Shown: one piece after another, positions 37,055 to 47,431 of the stretch
How the letters are laid out: the number at the start of each line of letters is the position of its first letter
Numbering within the stretch: position 1 is the stretch's first letter
DNA from: Bdellovibrionota bacterium
GTDB taxonomy: Bacteria; Bdellovibrionota_C; UBA2361; JBGSMV01
Assembly: GCA_044356455.1 (NCBI GenBank)
Contig: JBIKWF010000011.1
Span: forward strand, 1 to 62,660
DNA length: 62,660 nt
Direction: 5' to 3'
Made by a program: the position numbers and the translations under genes
Notes under the pieces: generated by a model
Databases searched by the model: none
Told to the model about the DNA's origin: nothing
Seen by the model: only the letters and a program-made list of their open reading frames with translations

Positions 37055-39638
37055 TTTGGTGCGAGCTTCTATTCTTGCCGATTATCCCTATGAAGTGCAG
37101 GGCAGAGTGTCCGAAGGCCGCGCAGCAGCTGCTGCCCTAAAGGAAGGCGCGTACTGTTCGGGGAGCACAGACCTCGCGCGCCAAAGGATCTCGCGAGTGA
37201 GGGCGCTTGCTACTCGTTTTCTTGCGGAATTTGGGGACCAGGAAGTCGAGCTGTTAAGGGCGCCAGGGAGAATTAATATTCTTGGCGAGCACGTTGATTA
37301 CGTTTCTTATCTTCCCACTGCCTCTATTCCCTGTGTAAGCGAAGAGTACGACATGCTGATGCTTGTTGCCGCTTCACTTAAGGGGCGAGTATGTGGGCAT
37401 TCACTGCTCTCTGGGATGAGCCCCTTTACGTTTAGTCTTACGGATCTCCCCACGCGAGGCTCCCCTGGAGAAGATACTGAGCATGCGTGGGAGAGGATTC
37501 TTGCTAAGGAGGGTCCCCCTCCGCATCACTGGTCAAATTATGTGAGGGGCGCTGCCGCTCATGCGCGAGTTATTTATCAAGAGCGTCTTAGGTGCGGCAT
37601 AGATTTTGTAGTTGATTCAGTTATTCCCGCAGGGGGCGGAGCCTCCTCATCCTCGGCGCTCACATGCTTAGCGGGATATGCGATTCGAATGGTAAATGGG
37701 CTTTCCCTTGAGAGAACCGAGCTTGCCATGGCTTCGTCTAAGGCGGAGTGGTTCGTGGGCACACGGGGAGGGGCTCTCGATCATCTCAGCATATGCCTTG
37801 CTGAGAGAGGCAAAGCCTTGCATCTCTCTTATGACACGGAGCCTTTGAATCCTGCGCAGCGCGTATCGCAGGTGCGCCTTCCAGCCCTGCCTCATCGCTG
37901 GGTCACCTTTTTCACTCACCCGGCAGAGAAGGGGAGTGCCGTATTGCTTGAATATAACGAGCGGGCAGTGGTTTCTAGGATTGTTATTCCGGCCCTGATT
38001 GAGGGATGGCGCAAGGACAACCCAAAGGCTTTTGGCGAATGGCAACAAGCAGTTCTGGCACTTAAAGAAGACAAGAGCGGCGCTGAGCGGCGTATTCTCC
38101 CGCTCTTAGAGCTCCTTCCTGAGGGGATTTCGCTTAAGGAATTGAGTAGTAGCTTCCCCTCAGCATTTAAGGAAGCGGCGAAGGTCTTTCCCGCGCTGGT
38201 CAAAGAGCGCCTTGAAGACATGCTCAAAGTGAGGGCAAGAGCGCTTCATCATGTTGGTGAGGTTCTTCGGATACAGCGCGCGCGAAAAATTCTTCAAGGG
38301 GGGACGGCCGGCGCCCAGCATGATTCGCGGCCCCATTTGGGTGAGCTATTAAATCTGACGCATGAAAGCCTTCGTGATAACTACGACGTTTCAACGCCAG
38401 AAGTAGAGGAACTTCGAACCCTGCTTGCCTCTCTTCCCTCGGTGCACGGAGCGCGCATCATGGGCGGCGGGTTCGGGGGCAATATTCTGGCATTAGTAAG
38501 TGAGGAGAATGTGGCTACGGTAGTACAAGCGGCTGAAGACGGCTTTTACAGGCCTCGTGGTAGAGACGGAGTAGGGGATGGAGACATACGGGTGTCGTCG
38601 CCTGGTTCGGGAATTGGTGTAGTTTCCCCGCTTCCTCAAGGCGATTTTCTTAGGTTGGAGGTGAATGCCTCCATTGTTAGAATTGCGCAGCTAGGATCTC
38701 CTTCCAGTGGAGTGGCTTGTTCCGAGCTTGGTTCTTCTCTCTCTCAGCAGGGCACGGAGCTGCTGCTATCTGCGCGCCGCGAAAAGGAGCGCCTCTGTGA
38801 ACTTCTTGATGGCGTCACTGAGCTAAGTTCAATTTCTGATATTCAGCCTATTATCGTAGCAGCGGGAAAGGGCACGCGCGCTTGTGCGAGCGGGCTTACC
38901 GTTCCTAAGTCAGTCGCTCCCATCCAAGGCGTGCCCGCGATTACTCATGTCTTTGACGCAGTCCTTAAGGCGTGTCCTCGGGCAAAAGCTCCCCTAGTAA
39001 TTGTTTCTGATGAGGTGCGTGAAGCGGTCGTTCAGGCGCTTGGCCCACGAGAGTTTCGTGTAGTCGTGCAGGAAGTGGCCCGTGGAACAGGCGACGCCGT
39101 GCTGTGCGCAAGGGAGATGCTTCTTGGGCACCAGGGACATTCCCTGGTTGTTTGGGGTACGCAGCCAGTTATTCGGCCTGAAACGTTTCGCCGGACTTTG
39201 GCACTTGCCGCACTCTTTTCTGATTTCCCAATGGTGGTACCGACTGCCTTTGGTGAGAATCCCTACGCGCCGCTTCTCAGGAGTCAGACCGGGGAGGTGA
39301 GGGCTGCTGTTGAAACTCACCTGCAAAAAGCGCCTTCGGTGCCCTACGGAGAGACAAATCTTGGGCTCTTTCTGCTCAAGACAGAGAGTATGCTTCGGGT
39401 GCTTGGCGGATTGAAGGAACAGTTTTTCGATCCTGTGGCCGGCACTTACCGCAGGACGGGGGGAGAGCTTGGTTTCCCCAATGAACTTATCTCAGCCTTC
39501 GCTGAGCCAGTGCCAGAAGTGCTTGCGTGCCCGCTCGCTGACCTAAGAGAGACGCAGGGCATTAAATGCAAAGAGGATGTACTGCGCTGCGAGGAATTCC
39601 GAGTTCAGCTTGAGAAGTCCTTATGCCCAGAGTGTTAG
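37041..39638 (+). CDS. Galactokinase-family sugar kinase fused to a GlmU-like nucleotidyltransferase
   Basis: APGRINILGEHVDY, PAGGGASSSSA, GARIMGGGFGG; then IIVAAGKGTR..PK, Q..RGTGDAV, ETNLG. Confidence 0.85.
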   Translation: MERGNLVRASILADYPYEVQGRVSEGRAAAAALKEGAYCSGSTDLARQRISRVRALATRFLAEFGDQEVELLRAPGRINILGEHVDYVSYLPTASIPCVSEEYDMLMLVAASLKGRVCGHSLLSGMSPFTFSLTDLPTRGSPGEDTEHAWERILAKEGPPPHHWSNYVRGAAAHARVIYQERLRCGIDFVVDSVIPAGGGASSSSALTCLAGYAIRMVNGLSLERTELAMASSKAEWFVGTRGGALDHLSICLAERGKALHLSYDTEPLNPAQRVSQVRLPALPHRWVTFFTHPAEKGSAVLLEYNERAVVSRIVIPALIEGWRKDNPKAFGEWQQAVLALKEDKSGAERRILPLLELLPEGISLKELSSSFPSAFKEAAKVFPALVKERLEDMLKVRARALHHVGEVLRIQRARKILQGGTAGAQHDSRPHLGELLNLTHESLRDNYDVSTPEVEELRTLLASLPSVHGARIMGGGFGGNILALVSEENVATVVQAAEDGFYRPRGRDGVGDGDIRVSSPGSGIGVVSPLPQGDFLRLEVNASIVRIAQLGSPSSGVACSELGSSLSQQGTELLLSARREKERLCELLDGVTELSSISDIQPIIVAAGKGTRACASGLTVPKSVAPIQGVPAITHVFDAVLKACPRAKAPLVIVSDEVREAVVQALGPREFRVVVQEVARGTGDAVLCAREMLLGHQGHSLVVWGTQPVIRPETFRRTLALAALFSDFPMVVPTAFGENPYAPLLRSQTGEVRAAVETHLQKAPSVPYGETNLGLFLLKTESMLRVLGGLKEQFFDPVAGTYRRTGGELGFPNELISAFAEPVPEVLACPLADLRETQGIKCKEDVLRCEEFRVQLEKSLCPEC

Positions 39639-39850
39639 CGCCAGAAATGCTAATGAGAGTCGTCGCCCCGAGCAGCCTCGCGCGATCCAAATTGGGACTG
39701 GTATCTTTGCGCTGATTCTTCGTCGCCTTGGGCTTCCGCGACTTCTGCTAAAAGAAGAGCCACTTTACAATAGGCACTCGATCGCGTTTTGCCTGTCAGC
39801 CACATTATCTTGTTGGCGTTAGCTTTTAATCTTCAGCATTGCGCCCTAAT

Positions 39851-41623
39851 CTATTGGAGAACCTGCTGCCAGGTGATTCTTGAAGAGGCCGTGGCAGCTT
39901 TAACGAACTTGGAATTTTCAAGAAGACGAGGGAGCCCACTCTCCTGAGGAAATACCACTGAACACGGTACCGATGGGCGCGCGGCAGCCAAAAAGAAACT
40001 CCACCAGACGCCAAGAGCTTCATTCCCTGGACCGCACTGAATCAAGAATCTATCTGTTTCCGCACCAGCAATGCGCTCTCTGAAATCTAAGGAGAGATAA
40101 GAGTCTGCCCCTCCGCGCACGATGCGTGAACTTGGTCCAAGAGCACTGAGTGACCGGGTACTTGATTCGTCTCCCTGTAAATCGAGTGCAAGAATGGAAA
40201 GCTTCCCTGAAAGTTGCTGCTCATCACACAAACATTCAAGGGCGCTTTGCTCGATGCCATGTTGAATTTCGGGCTTAAACCGAGCTACGTCGGGAATTGA
40301 ATCAACCACGCTGCTAAGCGCAGCGGTAAAGGGGGTCTCTTCTATTTGCAGAGATTGGCGCGTGCTTTTTGAATTGCCCGAGGAAAAATCTAGACTAAGG
40401 AGGTCTTGGAGACGTGAGCCGCTGAACCTCCTTATCAGATCCTCAAGGTCTTTTCTCAACCTTTGCTGCGCTGCGGCGGGAAGAGGAGTTCTCGCCAGGG
40501 CTCCCAAGACTCGTGCTGCAGCAAATAACTTCACATCCTGGGCTCGGGCTGCTGGAAGCTTCTCCGCAAGAAGTTCAGTCATACGCAGTGGTGACTGAAA
40601 GAGCATCAGAAGACTTGGATAAGTAAGAACTAGGTCGCCAGTGGAATTGAGCTCTTCAATTTCCTTAAGATCGTGCCTTAGATTAGTACCCAGCGCGCCT
40701 CCAAAGTTCGTTCCTGAATCCTGGAAGCCAAGGCTAAGGAGGTGGGGGAGGCGCCACTGAAAACAAGTGGCAACTACTTGGTTCGGGGAATCTTTGCGTT
40801 GATGTCGGCAAAGAGCTTCTGGATGGTAGCGGCTTTGGTGTCCTGCCTTAAGGAGCCTATTCGACAAGTCGATATCTTCGTAACTGCGCGTATAGCTCTC
40901 ATGATAACCATTCAGTGCTCTGAGGGTCTCTGTCCTGAAGACGCCATTGCAGCCAAAGATGGGCTGCTGCGAAACGGGAAACCTTCCGTAGTGCTGCGCC
41001 ATCATTCTCGCTCGCCAGCGATCCGCTACGGTAAGGGTGTGTTGCTCTATCAACCTTCCGCCGACACCGGCGACTTGAGGGTCGCTAAAAAGAGGCATCA
41101 AGCGCTCAAGCCAGTAACGGTCGGGACAGGCGTCTGCGTCAAGGCAGGCAAGAAACGGACTCTTGGCTGCCTCTATGGCGGTGTTTCGCGCTGCTGCAAG
41201 TCCTTTGTTTCCGGCATGACGGATTACTTTGGCCCCAAGGCTTTCAGCCAAGCGGGCAGAATCGTCGCTTGAGCCATCATCGATAACAAGAACTTCAGAA
41301 AGTGGGTAACTTTGGTCCAAAACCGCGGGAAGGACATTTCTCAAGTAATGGGCGCCGTTATAGCAAGGGATGTAGAGCGAGACCTCTTCGGGCTGCTGCT
41401 TTTGCGAAGTTGAACCAGCCGAGTAAGCGAGGCCGTATTCGCGGTACATGGTGCTCGTTTCAGACGGTGACTCCAGAATAACTTTTCGAGCGAGGTCAGC
41501 GAGTCCGCAAGAGGCGAGTAGTTTCGAAATCGTTGGGCGATCGTCGGTCTCTAGGCTCTCAAGCAGACTCCATGGCTTGTTTGTTGCCGCCTCATAGGGC
41601 GAAAGCGTAGCGCGTAAATCCAC
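39851..41623 (-). CDS. GT2 family glycosyltransferase with a C-terminal extension
   Basis: YIPCYN, VIDDGSSD, NKGLAAARN, LDAD, YEDIDLS. Confidence 0.88.
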   Translation of the reverse strand: MDLRATLSPYEAATNKPWSLLESLETDDRPTISKLLASCGLADLARKVILESPSETSTMYREYGLAYSAGSTSQKQQPEEVSLYIPCYNGAHYLRNVLPAVLDQSYPLSEVLVIDDGSSDDSARLAESLGAKVIRHAGNKGLAAARNTAIEAAKSPFLACLDADACPDRYWLERLMPLFSDPQVAGVGGRLIEQHTLTVADRWRARMMAQHYGRFPVSQQPIFGCNGVFRTETLRALNGYHESYTRSYEDIDLSNRLLKAGHQSRYHPEALCRHQRKDSPNQVVATCFQWRLPHLLSLGFQDSGTNFGGALGTNLRHDLKEIEELNSTGDLVLTYPSLLMLFQSPLRMTELLAEKLPAARAQDVKLFAAARVLGALARTPLPAAAQQRLRKDLEDLIRRFSGSRLQDLLSLDFSSGNSKSTRQSLQIEETPFTAALSSVVDSIPDVARFKPEIQHGIEQSALECLCDEQQLSGKLSILALDLQGDESSTRSLSALGPSSRIVRGGADSYLSLDFRERIAGAETDRFLIQCGPGNEALGVWWSFFLAAARPSVPCSVVFPQESGLPRLLENSKFVKAATASSRITWQQVLQ

Positions 41624-41719
41624 CGAGACTCACCAACGATTGGCTTAGGGTTTAGATCGCTGCATCGCACTGCCGTTCATGAGCCGCCTGGTGCTCTGGA
41701 AAAAGGAGGGCTCAGGCTT

Positions 41720-42067
41720 TTACGGACAAACAGGAGCGTAGTATTGCCCGCCGTACTGCATAAATGGTCCAAGGCCAATTTGGTTTGAGAGCACTTCGAA
41801 GCCAATGCCTGGGAAACAACGTAAGCAGCTTGCCGCTAAATTCTGATCTACTCGTTGATTTCGTCCAGAAGCAGAGGCGCAGCGCTGGTAGAGAGATTGG
41901 TCACACGCTCCGATTCCCTCGAGCTCTTTGGTGTCCGTCGCAATTGCTCCATACGCTCCAACTGCGGTTCCTGAGCGAAAGGTCGCCCCAGCGGGAGTAA
42001 CGTAAGAAGCCATCGCAAACATGCCGGAGGCCACAATCAGAGCGGAACAAACAAGTCGTAGTGACAT
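41720..42067 (-). CDS. Small hypothetical secreted Cys-containing protein
   Basis: Signal-like N-terminus, several Cys, GGAG upstream. Confidence 0.55.
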   Translation of the reverse strand: MSLRLVCSALIVASGMFAMASYVTPAGATFRSGTAVGAYGAIATDTKELEGIGACDQSLYQRCASASGRNQRVDQNLAASCLRCFPGIGFEVLSNQIGLGPFMQYGGQYYAPVCP

Positions 42068-42179
42068 ACCTTATACTCCCCGAATCCTTTTATTATATCC
42101 TGGATTTCAGTGGCCCCGCACTTAGTAATTTTACCCTCCTGTTATCTTCTTTCGCCTGCCTGTAAGCTTAGGGGCGAAG

Positions 42180-44651
42180 ATGAAAAAACAGAGTCGTCTC
42201 ACTAAGATAGCCCTTTTTGCCGCGCTTTCTCTTGGCCTGTGTCGCCTAATATCCTTCTTTCTTATGAGGGGCTCTGACTTTGCGGGGTACGAACTTCTGG
42301 GTCTTGCCGCGGGTGCCACAGAGACTTTCTCCCGCGGGCCCTTTGAGGCGGCGCTCGTGCTTTGGGAGCGTTCGCGGGATTTCCAGTGGTGGAACGTAAG
42401 CCATAGTTTTCTCTTTACGTTTTTCCCGGGCATCCTCCAGAATTTCTTTCCCTCCCCGCTTTGGGCTCCACTGTGGGTTTGTTTCGTTTCTGTTGTGGCC
42501 TTGGCTCTGCTCTCAAGGGCCCTCTCACTCTCTTTGGTAGTTATCGGTGCAGCGCTCGCCGCAAGCCTCGCGTTCCCTAGTTACTTTGCGCTCGGATATC
42601 CCTATATCTCTGGCTTTCTGCCCTATGCCGCGGCTCTTTGCGCACTTAGCCGTTTCCGTGCGGCGCCTCCCAGGCTTGCGCTCTTAGGAGTTGAAGTTCT
42701 CGCTGCGCTGTCCATCCATGAGCTCTCTTTCCATTGCTATGAGATGGGGAAAACTTTTGGGGTAGTTTACCTCGCCGGCGCAGTTTTATTTGACCACGTT
42801 GCACCGAAGCGCAGATTCCTATGGGGGCTGCTTGGAGTTCTATCGCTTGCTCATGTAGGAGCGGTGGGCGGGAATAATTTTGGCTTTGTGGTCGCATTTG
42901 GAGCCCTCGATTTTTCTCGTATCCCAGCAGCCTTCCTCTCACTTCTAAGTTCGCTTTTTGTTTCCTACGACGCGGACTGGCCAGTGCTGCTTGTTGCGGC
43001 AGGCCTTGCGGCGTTTGCGCTGCGCAAAGACAAAATGTTCTGGATTCTCCTGCTTGCGTTCCAATATGGGCTTCTTGTCCTTGGCGCCATGCAAGCGGGG
43101 ACTTCGCTTTTTCCTCAAGGGTATCTTGTCCCGCGGCGCATGCTACTTCTTACCTTTCTTTCTGCCCTCGTGATTGCAGAGTGGTGGCGTCAAAGTGAAG
43201 ATCTTCCCCGCAAGCGCCTCGTAGCTGGGCTCTTGTTGATTTTGAATGTGGGAGCTGCGCTGCACTCGTGGTGGTGGAGTTATCAGCCCCGAGTTCTTAC
43301 GACGCTGCCTTATGTGTCCCCCCGCCTCGATTTTAGATTGGACCGAACCCTTATCGCAGATGCGATGACGATCTCATCTGAGATACGAAGAGAACCCGAG
43401 CTCGAAAGAGTTTTTCTTTATGACTTCAATCAGCATTCGGAGAATATGGGGGACCCTCAGGCGTTCCCCGAGCGCCTACTGCTAAGTCTTGGAGCTCAGC
43501 GTTTTCATGACAGCGTACGTTTTCTTATGGCGCGGCGCTGCCGGTTCTGGTGCCTCCCCGAGAGCGTCGCTCTTGTTCCTGCGGTCTGGGCTACTCGCGT
43601 GCTAGCCACAGGTAAAGACTTTATCTTGTATGTCCACAGTAGCCAGCTTGAGGCGCCCACACTTTCTGTTCTTAAGCTTAGAGGAGCGCTTTCCCCTTGG
43701 CCGAGTCAGCTAACTAATTTTTTTGCGTATCGGGTCCACGTGCTCCCGCATGCGGGAGAAAGAACCTTGCATCTTCAGCCGCAAAGTTCCTCTGCTCCTA
43801 AAGTGCAGCACCTATCAGGGGCTCCTTTTTGTCTTAAGGCGGCGCCAAGGCTTGAGTACGAGGATTTCTATAGGCGTGCGTCGAGAAACGAAATCTTTGG
43901 AACAACTTTCCAAAGCAGAGGAGGGGGGCTTAGGGGGAGTGCTCTTTCTCAGTGGCTTTGGACGTGGCTTCGGATAGAAGGGGAGAGAGAGCAGACGGTG
44001 CATATCGAATTTGAAGGGGGTGCGGAGGTCCAGCTTTTGCTAGACGGAGCGCCGCTCTCTTTTTCTACTCCTGGGCCTAAAAGCAATACTGAAGTTGATG
44101 GTGGGGAGAAATCCCTCGAAGTTGTTCTTAGTCCCGGAAGTTATCGCCTAGACTTTCTTACCACCGCCTATGAGGAGCTTACGCCGCGAATTAAGGTGCA
44201 AAGTTCTGGGGGGCTTAAGGTTTCTTGTGAAGAAGGATCGGTAGACGCAGAGAAAGTTACTGGCGCCCTTAATTCTTCTCAGTACCCCACGCTTTGTATT
44301 GAGCCAAGCCCAAGTACGGGAGCTGTGGTGACTTCGAGAGTTCCGGTGCTCCTCGCAAGCCAAAAACCTGAGAGCTACCGAGTCTATGGCGCCCTCGAAC
44401 ATCAAGGTGAACCTGCGCTGCTTCTTTTTGACGCGCTGGCGGAAGATGATAGCGAGTTTGCTATTGGCGGGAACTCTATCTGGAAGCTTAGCAAGAGCGT
44501 CTTACAGCAGCGCGCGCTTGGCGGCGTACTCATAGAGCAGGGCGTTACCCCTCTTGAGTTTCTATTTGGGAATACGCGGGGCATGGGGCTCCTTAGGCTT
44601 GATTTGCTAACTCCGTCAGGAGCAGCGGCAGCTTTTATGTGTAGCAACTAG
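42180..44651 (+). CDS. Polytopic membrane protein (GT-C-like) with C-terminal PA14-like beta domains
   Basis: About 11 hydrophobic segments, then beta-rich domains (VQLLLDG..LSPGSYRL; EDDSEFAIGG..IEQGVTPL). Confidence 0.6.
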   Translation: MKKQSRLTKIALFAALSLGLCRLISFFLMRGSDFAGYELLGLAAGATETFSRGPFEAALVLWERSRDFQWWNVSHSFLFTFFPGILQNFFPSPLWAPLWVCFVSVVALALLSRALSLSLVVIGAALAASLAFPSYFALGYPYISGFLPYAAALCALSRFRAAPPRLALLGVEVLAALSIHELSFHCYEMGKTFGVVYLAGAVLFDHVAPKRRFLWGLLGVLSLAHVGAVGGNNFGFVVAFGALDFSRIPAAFLSLLSSLFVSYDADWPVLLVAAGLAAFALRKDKMFWILLLAFQYGLLVLGAMQAGTSLFPQGYLVPRRMLLLTFLSALVIAEWWRQSEDLPRKRLVAGLLLILNVGAALHSWWWSYQPRVLTTLPYVSPRLDFRLDRTLIADAMTISSEIRREPELERVFLYDFNQHSENMGDPQAFPERLLLSLGAQRFHDSVRFLMARRCRFWCLPESVALVPAVWATRVLATGKDFILYVHSSQLEAPTLSVLKLRGALSPWPSQLTNFFAYRVHVLPHAGERTLHLQPQSSSAPKVQHLSGAPFCLKAAPRLEYEDFYRRASRNEIFGTTFQSRGGGLRGSALSQWLWTWLRIEGEREQTVHIEFEGGAEVQLLLDGAPLSFSTPGPKSNTEVDGGEKSLEVVLSPGSYRLDFLTTAYEELTPRIKVQSSGGLKVSCEEGSVDAEKVTGALNSSQYPTLCIEPSPSTGAVVTSRVPVLLASQKPESYRVYGALEHQGEPALLLFDALAEDDSEFAIGGNSIWKLSKSVLQQRALGGVLIEQGVTPLEFLFGNTRGMGLLRLDLLTPSGAAAAFMCSN

Positions 44652-44761
44652 CCTTATCGCCAAAAGTCATTGCTCTAGCGGGGGAAACTGTTGGAATTAC
44701 TATGGCTTAGAGCGCCCATTCGTATGGCACTCGCCGGCCGCTGCGGCACATAACAGCTGGG

Positions 44762-47431
44762 ATGCATTCATTTTCTCACCATGGCCAAGTCCCGCGCTCG
44801 GCCGGCTCAACGGCCGTAACTTTGCCTCGTCCTGAGTCCTGGTGCTCTGATTCTTATTGCCCACTTATCTCAAAAGATCCCAGCCGCATTCTTGATCCTA
44901 GCTACATGGCTTCGGGCATGGCGGAAAAAGTCCAATCTCCTTCAAGTCTCCTCGCCGACATCAGGGAGCCAATCGCAAAGTATGACGCAGCGTATTTGAT
45001 TTCGCCGGCAAGGGCATTCTCCGCTTCCTTCTTTGTCGAGGTCCAAAACCGGCTCATGGAACAGCGAGACTGGTGGAACGGGAGTCCCGCTCGACTTGAA
45101 CTTACTGCTCCAGAAAAGACTTTCTGGTTGCGCTTTGCTCCTGAAGCTATCGACCTAGTGCGACTTTTCGGTAGGCCGATGACGGCGCTACTCTACAGCT
45201 CAGGCAGAGCCATGCGCGAGCATGGCATTCAGGCCTTACATGCAGATCCAGACCAGATTCAGCAAAGGGGCGTTGAGCTTGGAGGGGGCCGCACGCTTAG
45301 GATTCCTCCCGAGATAGTTGCGTTTCTTGCCCCCGAGCTCGAGCGCGCAGCTCAGGGGTGTGCTGACTTAAATAAAATGCTTCCGGATGCGGCACTGGGG
45401 ATCAACCTTCGCTCCTGCGGTGATGCGAGCCTTGCCCCAGGCAACGGCGCGCTGCTTGTCTACCGACTGTCGCTGGCTTTGGCTGCGCTTCCGGAAGAGC
45501 AGTTTCGTCATCTGCAAGAAGTCACGCCTTCCGCTCCCACAGGACTGGCGCCCCTATTCTCTGAGCTGTCTGTCGCTCAGCTTCGTGTATTCTCTATTCG
45601 TCAGCTCAAGGGCTGGGTAAAGAGTAAAGTTGTCGAGCCCGATGGGGAACTGCACGCGAGCCATGACTACTACGCCCGGCACGGAATTCTAAAGGAGTTT
45701 GACCAAGCGTTTATTCCTTGGCTGATCACCGGCCTTGTACGTGAGCTCCGCGTAAGAGGGCCCTTACTTGAAAGCCTGCTTTCGGCGGGCAGGACCATCA
45801 ATGACCGAGGTGTGCTTCCACTTTCGGAAGAGGAAGCGCGCAGCTCTGTGTGCGGAGTTCGTCTTGGAGATGGAAGTTTGCTGCAAGTACCCCAGCGCGT
45901 GCTCGATGTTACTGCCGCGGGTATGCATGCGAATTGGGTTCTCACTCGAGGATTGATGGCGCACCTTCCGAATCAAGCGCTGCATCCTCTGCCGCACGTG
46001 GGAGATGGAAGCTGGTCGCCCTATGAGGAGCCAGATGGCCGCTATGCCCCAGACCAGAACAAGGCGCTCACCGTGGTGGGCTCTACTCTGAGCGTCATGC
46101 GCGGCGATGATGCGCTCTACCAAGATGCCCATAATAAGGCCATCGTTGAAAGTATTATTCGCCTTGGAACTCCTGAGAGTAACTCGCGGTTCTCGCGGGA
46201 GCGGGTGAGTGCTCTTCTCGCGCCCTACTCGGCTCTCGAAGGAGCAACTACGCTTACGCCAACTCGAGAGCAGCAGGCGCTTACCGTGAACCGCTTCGCG
46301 CTCGCTGCGCCGCATTCAGAAAAGAAGCCATCCACTTCCGGCCGCGCGTGGGACGACGTTTCTCCTGCGCGGAAGTTGTTTGAGAGACTTCAAACTCTTG
46401 CGCTTGTTGCCACTTGGTCAAGATTTGGGACCTCCGACAATGATAAGCATGCCGCGGCAGGGAGTGGGGCGGCCTCGCTCGATACCCCAATGAGCCAACC
46501 GCATGAAAGTGATGGCGCACGACTTCAGGTCAAGATAGGTCCGCGACTCGCGGTGGCAATCGAGCATATGAGAAACTACGCTGAGCGTCTTGCTACTGAG
46601 CTTTCGGTAAACATGGAGATGAAGCATCTTCGGCAAGCGGGCCAAGTAGAGAATCACCTTAGTCGCCTCGCGAATCTGGATCTTTCGGCTCCCATGTTAG
46701 AGCGCCAGCTAGCGCGGGCAAAGGGTCTTGCCTTCTGGCTTGCCGCTGACGCCGAGTCGCGCGGAACTCTCGACCACAGTCTTCGGATCTCGCGCGGGAG
46801 TCCAGGCTCTCAAGCAACGTATCCCGCGCACCGGGCGCTTTCGCCGGCACTCATGGAAAACTTTGTCGTGCTCTTGCATGAAGCGCGGGAGCAGCTGGTC
46901 AAGGGCCCACGGGCTAAGTCATGGGGGGAGGCGCTTCCTCATCAGGTTCTTTCGTCAACACTCTACGCCCACGCAGCGCTTGAGTTTGGAGTCCTTGTCG
47001 GGCGTGAGGCGCTTCTTTTCCTCCGAAAAACGGGATCCTCTCTGCCTAAAACTTTGCGCGAAGATAACGAGCGTACCGGAACATTAGGCCGCGCCATAGA
47101 TATGGACGCCCTGAGGACCGCGGCCCAGCCTTTTGCCGAGGCTTTCCAAATTCTTGGCATTGGTAACCAGCAACTCATCGGGATTATCGCGCAGGATCTA
47201 AAAGATCCTCGGCTAACCCCGGAAGGATTTAAGCCTCCTTCGAAAGAGAGCATAGACGCCCTCATTGCTCGGCGTGCTGCACGGGAACAAGTTGCTATTC
47301 GCGAAAGAGATATTCTTGACGTACTTGCGTATGCCGCTGCACTTGCGCGAATGACTGAGACTGATTTTAGTTCACTAATCTCTGCAAGCTACGAATCGGG
47401 CGAGTTGCCGGATCTCAGCTCCCGTGATTAG
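44762..47431 (+). CDS. Hypothetical 889-aa protein with an internal duplication
   Basis: Long uninterrupted ORF; no family recognised. Confidence 0.7.
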   Translation: MHSFSHHGQVPRSAGSTAVTLPRPESWCSDSYCPLISKDPSRILDPSYMASGMAEKVQSPSSLLADIREPIAKYDAAYLISPARAFSASFFVEVQNRLMEQRDWWNGSPARLELTAPEKTFWLRFAPEAIDLVRLFGRPMTALLYSSGRAMREHGIQALHADPDQIQQRGVELGGGRTLRIPPEIVAFLAPELERAAQGCADLNKMLPDAALGINLRSCGDASLAPGNGALLVYRLSLALAALPEEQFRHLQEVTPSAPTGLAPLFSELSVAQLRVFSIRQLKGWVKSKVVEPDGELHASHDYYARHGILKEFDQAFIPWLITGLVRELRVRGPLLESLLSAGRTINDRGVLPLSEEEARSSVCGVRLGDGSLLQVPQRVLDVTAAGMHANWVLTRGLMAHLPNQALHPLPHVGDGSWSPYEEPDGRYAPDQNKALTVVGSTLSVMRGDDALYQDAHNKAIVESIIRLGTPESNSRFSRERVSALLAPYSALEGATTLTPTREQQALTVNRFALAAPHSEKKPSTSGRAWDDVSPARKLFERLQTLALVATWSRFGTSDNDKHAAAGSGAASLDTPMSQPHESDGARLQVKIGPRLAVAIEHMRNYAERLATELSVNMEMKHLRQAGQVENHLSRLANLDLSAPMLERQLARAKGLAFWLAADAESRGTLDHSLRISRGSPGSQATYPAHRALSPALMENFVVLLHEAREQLVKGPRAKSWGEALPHQVLSSTLYAHAALEFGVLVGREALLFLRKTGSSLPKTLREDNERTGTLGRAIDMDALRTAAQPFAEAFQILGIGNQQLIGIIAQDLKDPRLTPEGFKPPSKESIDALIARRAAREQVAIRERDILDVLAYAAALARMTETDFSSLISASYESGELPDLSSRD

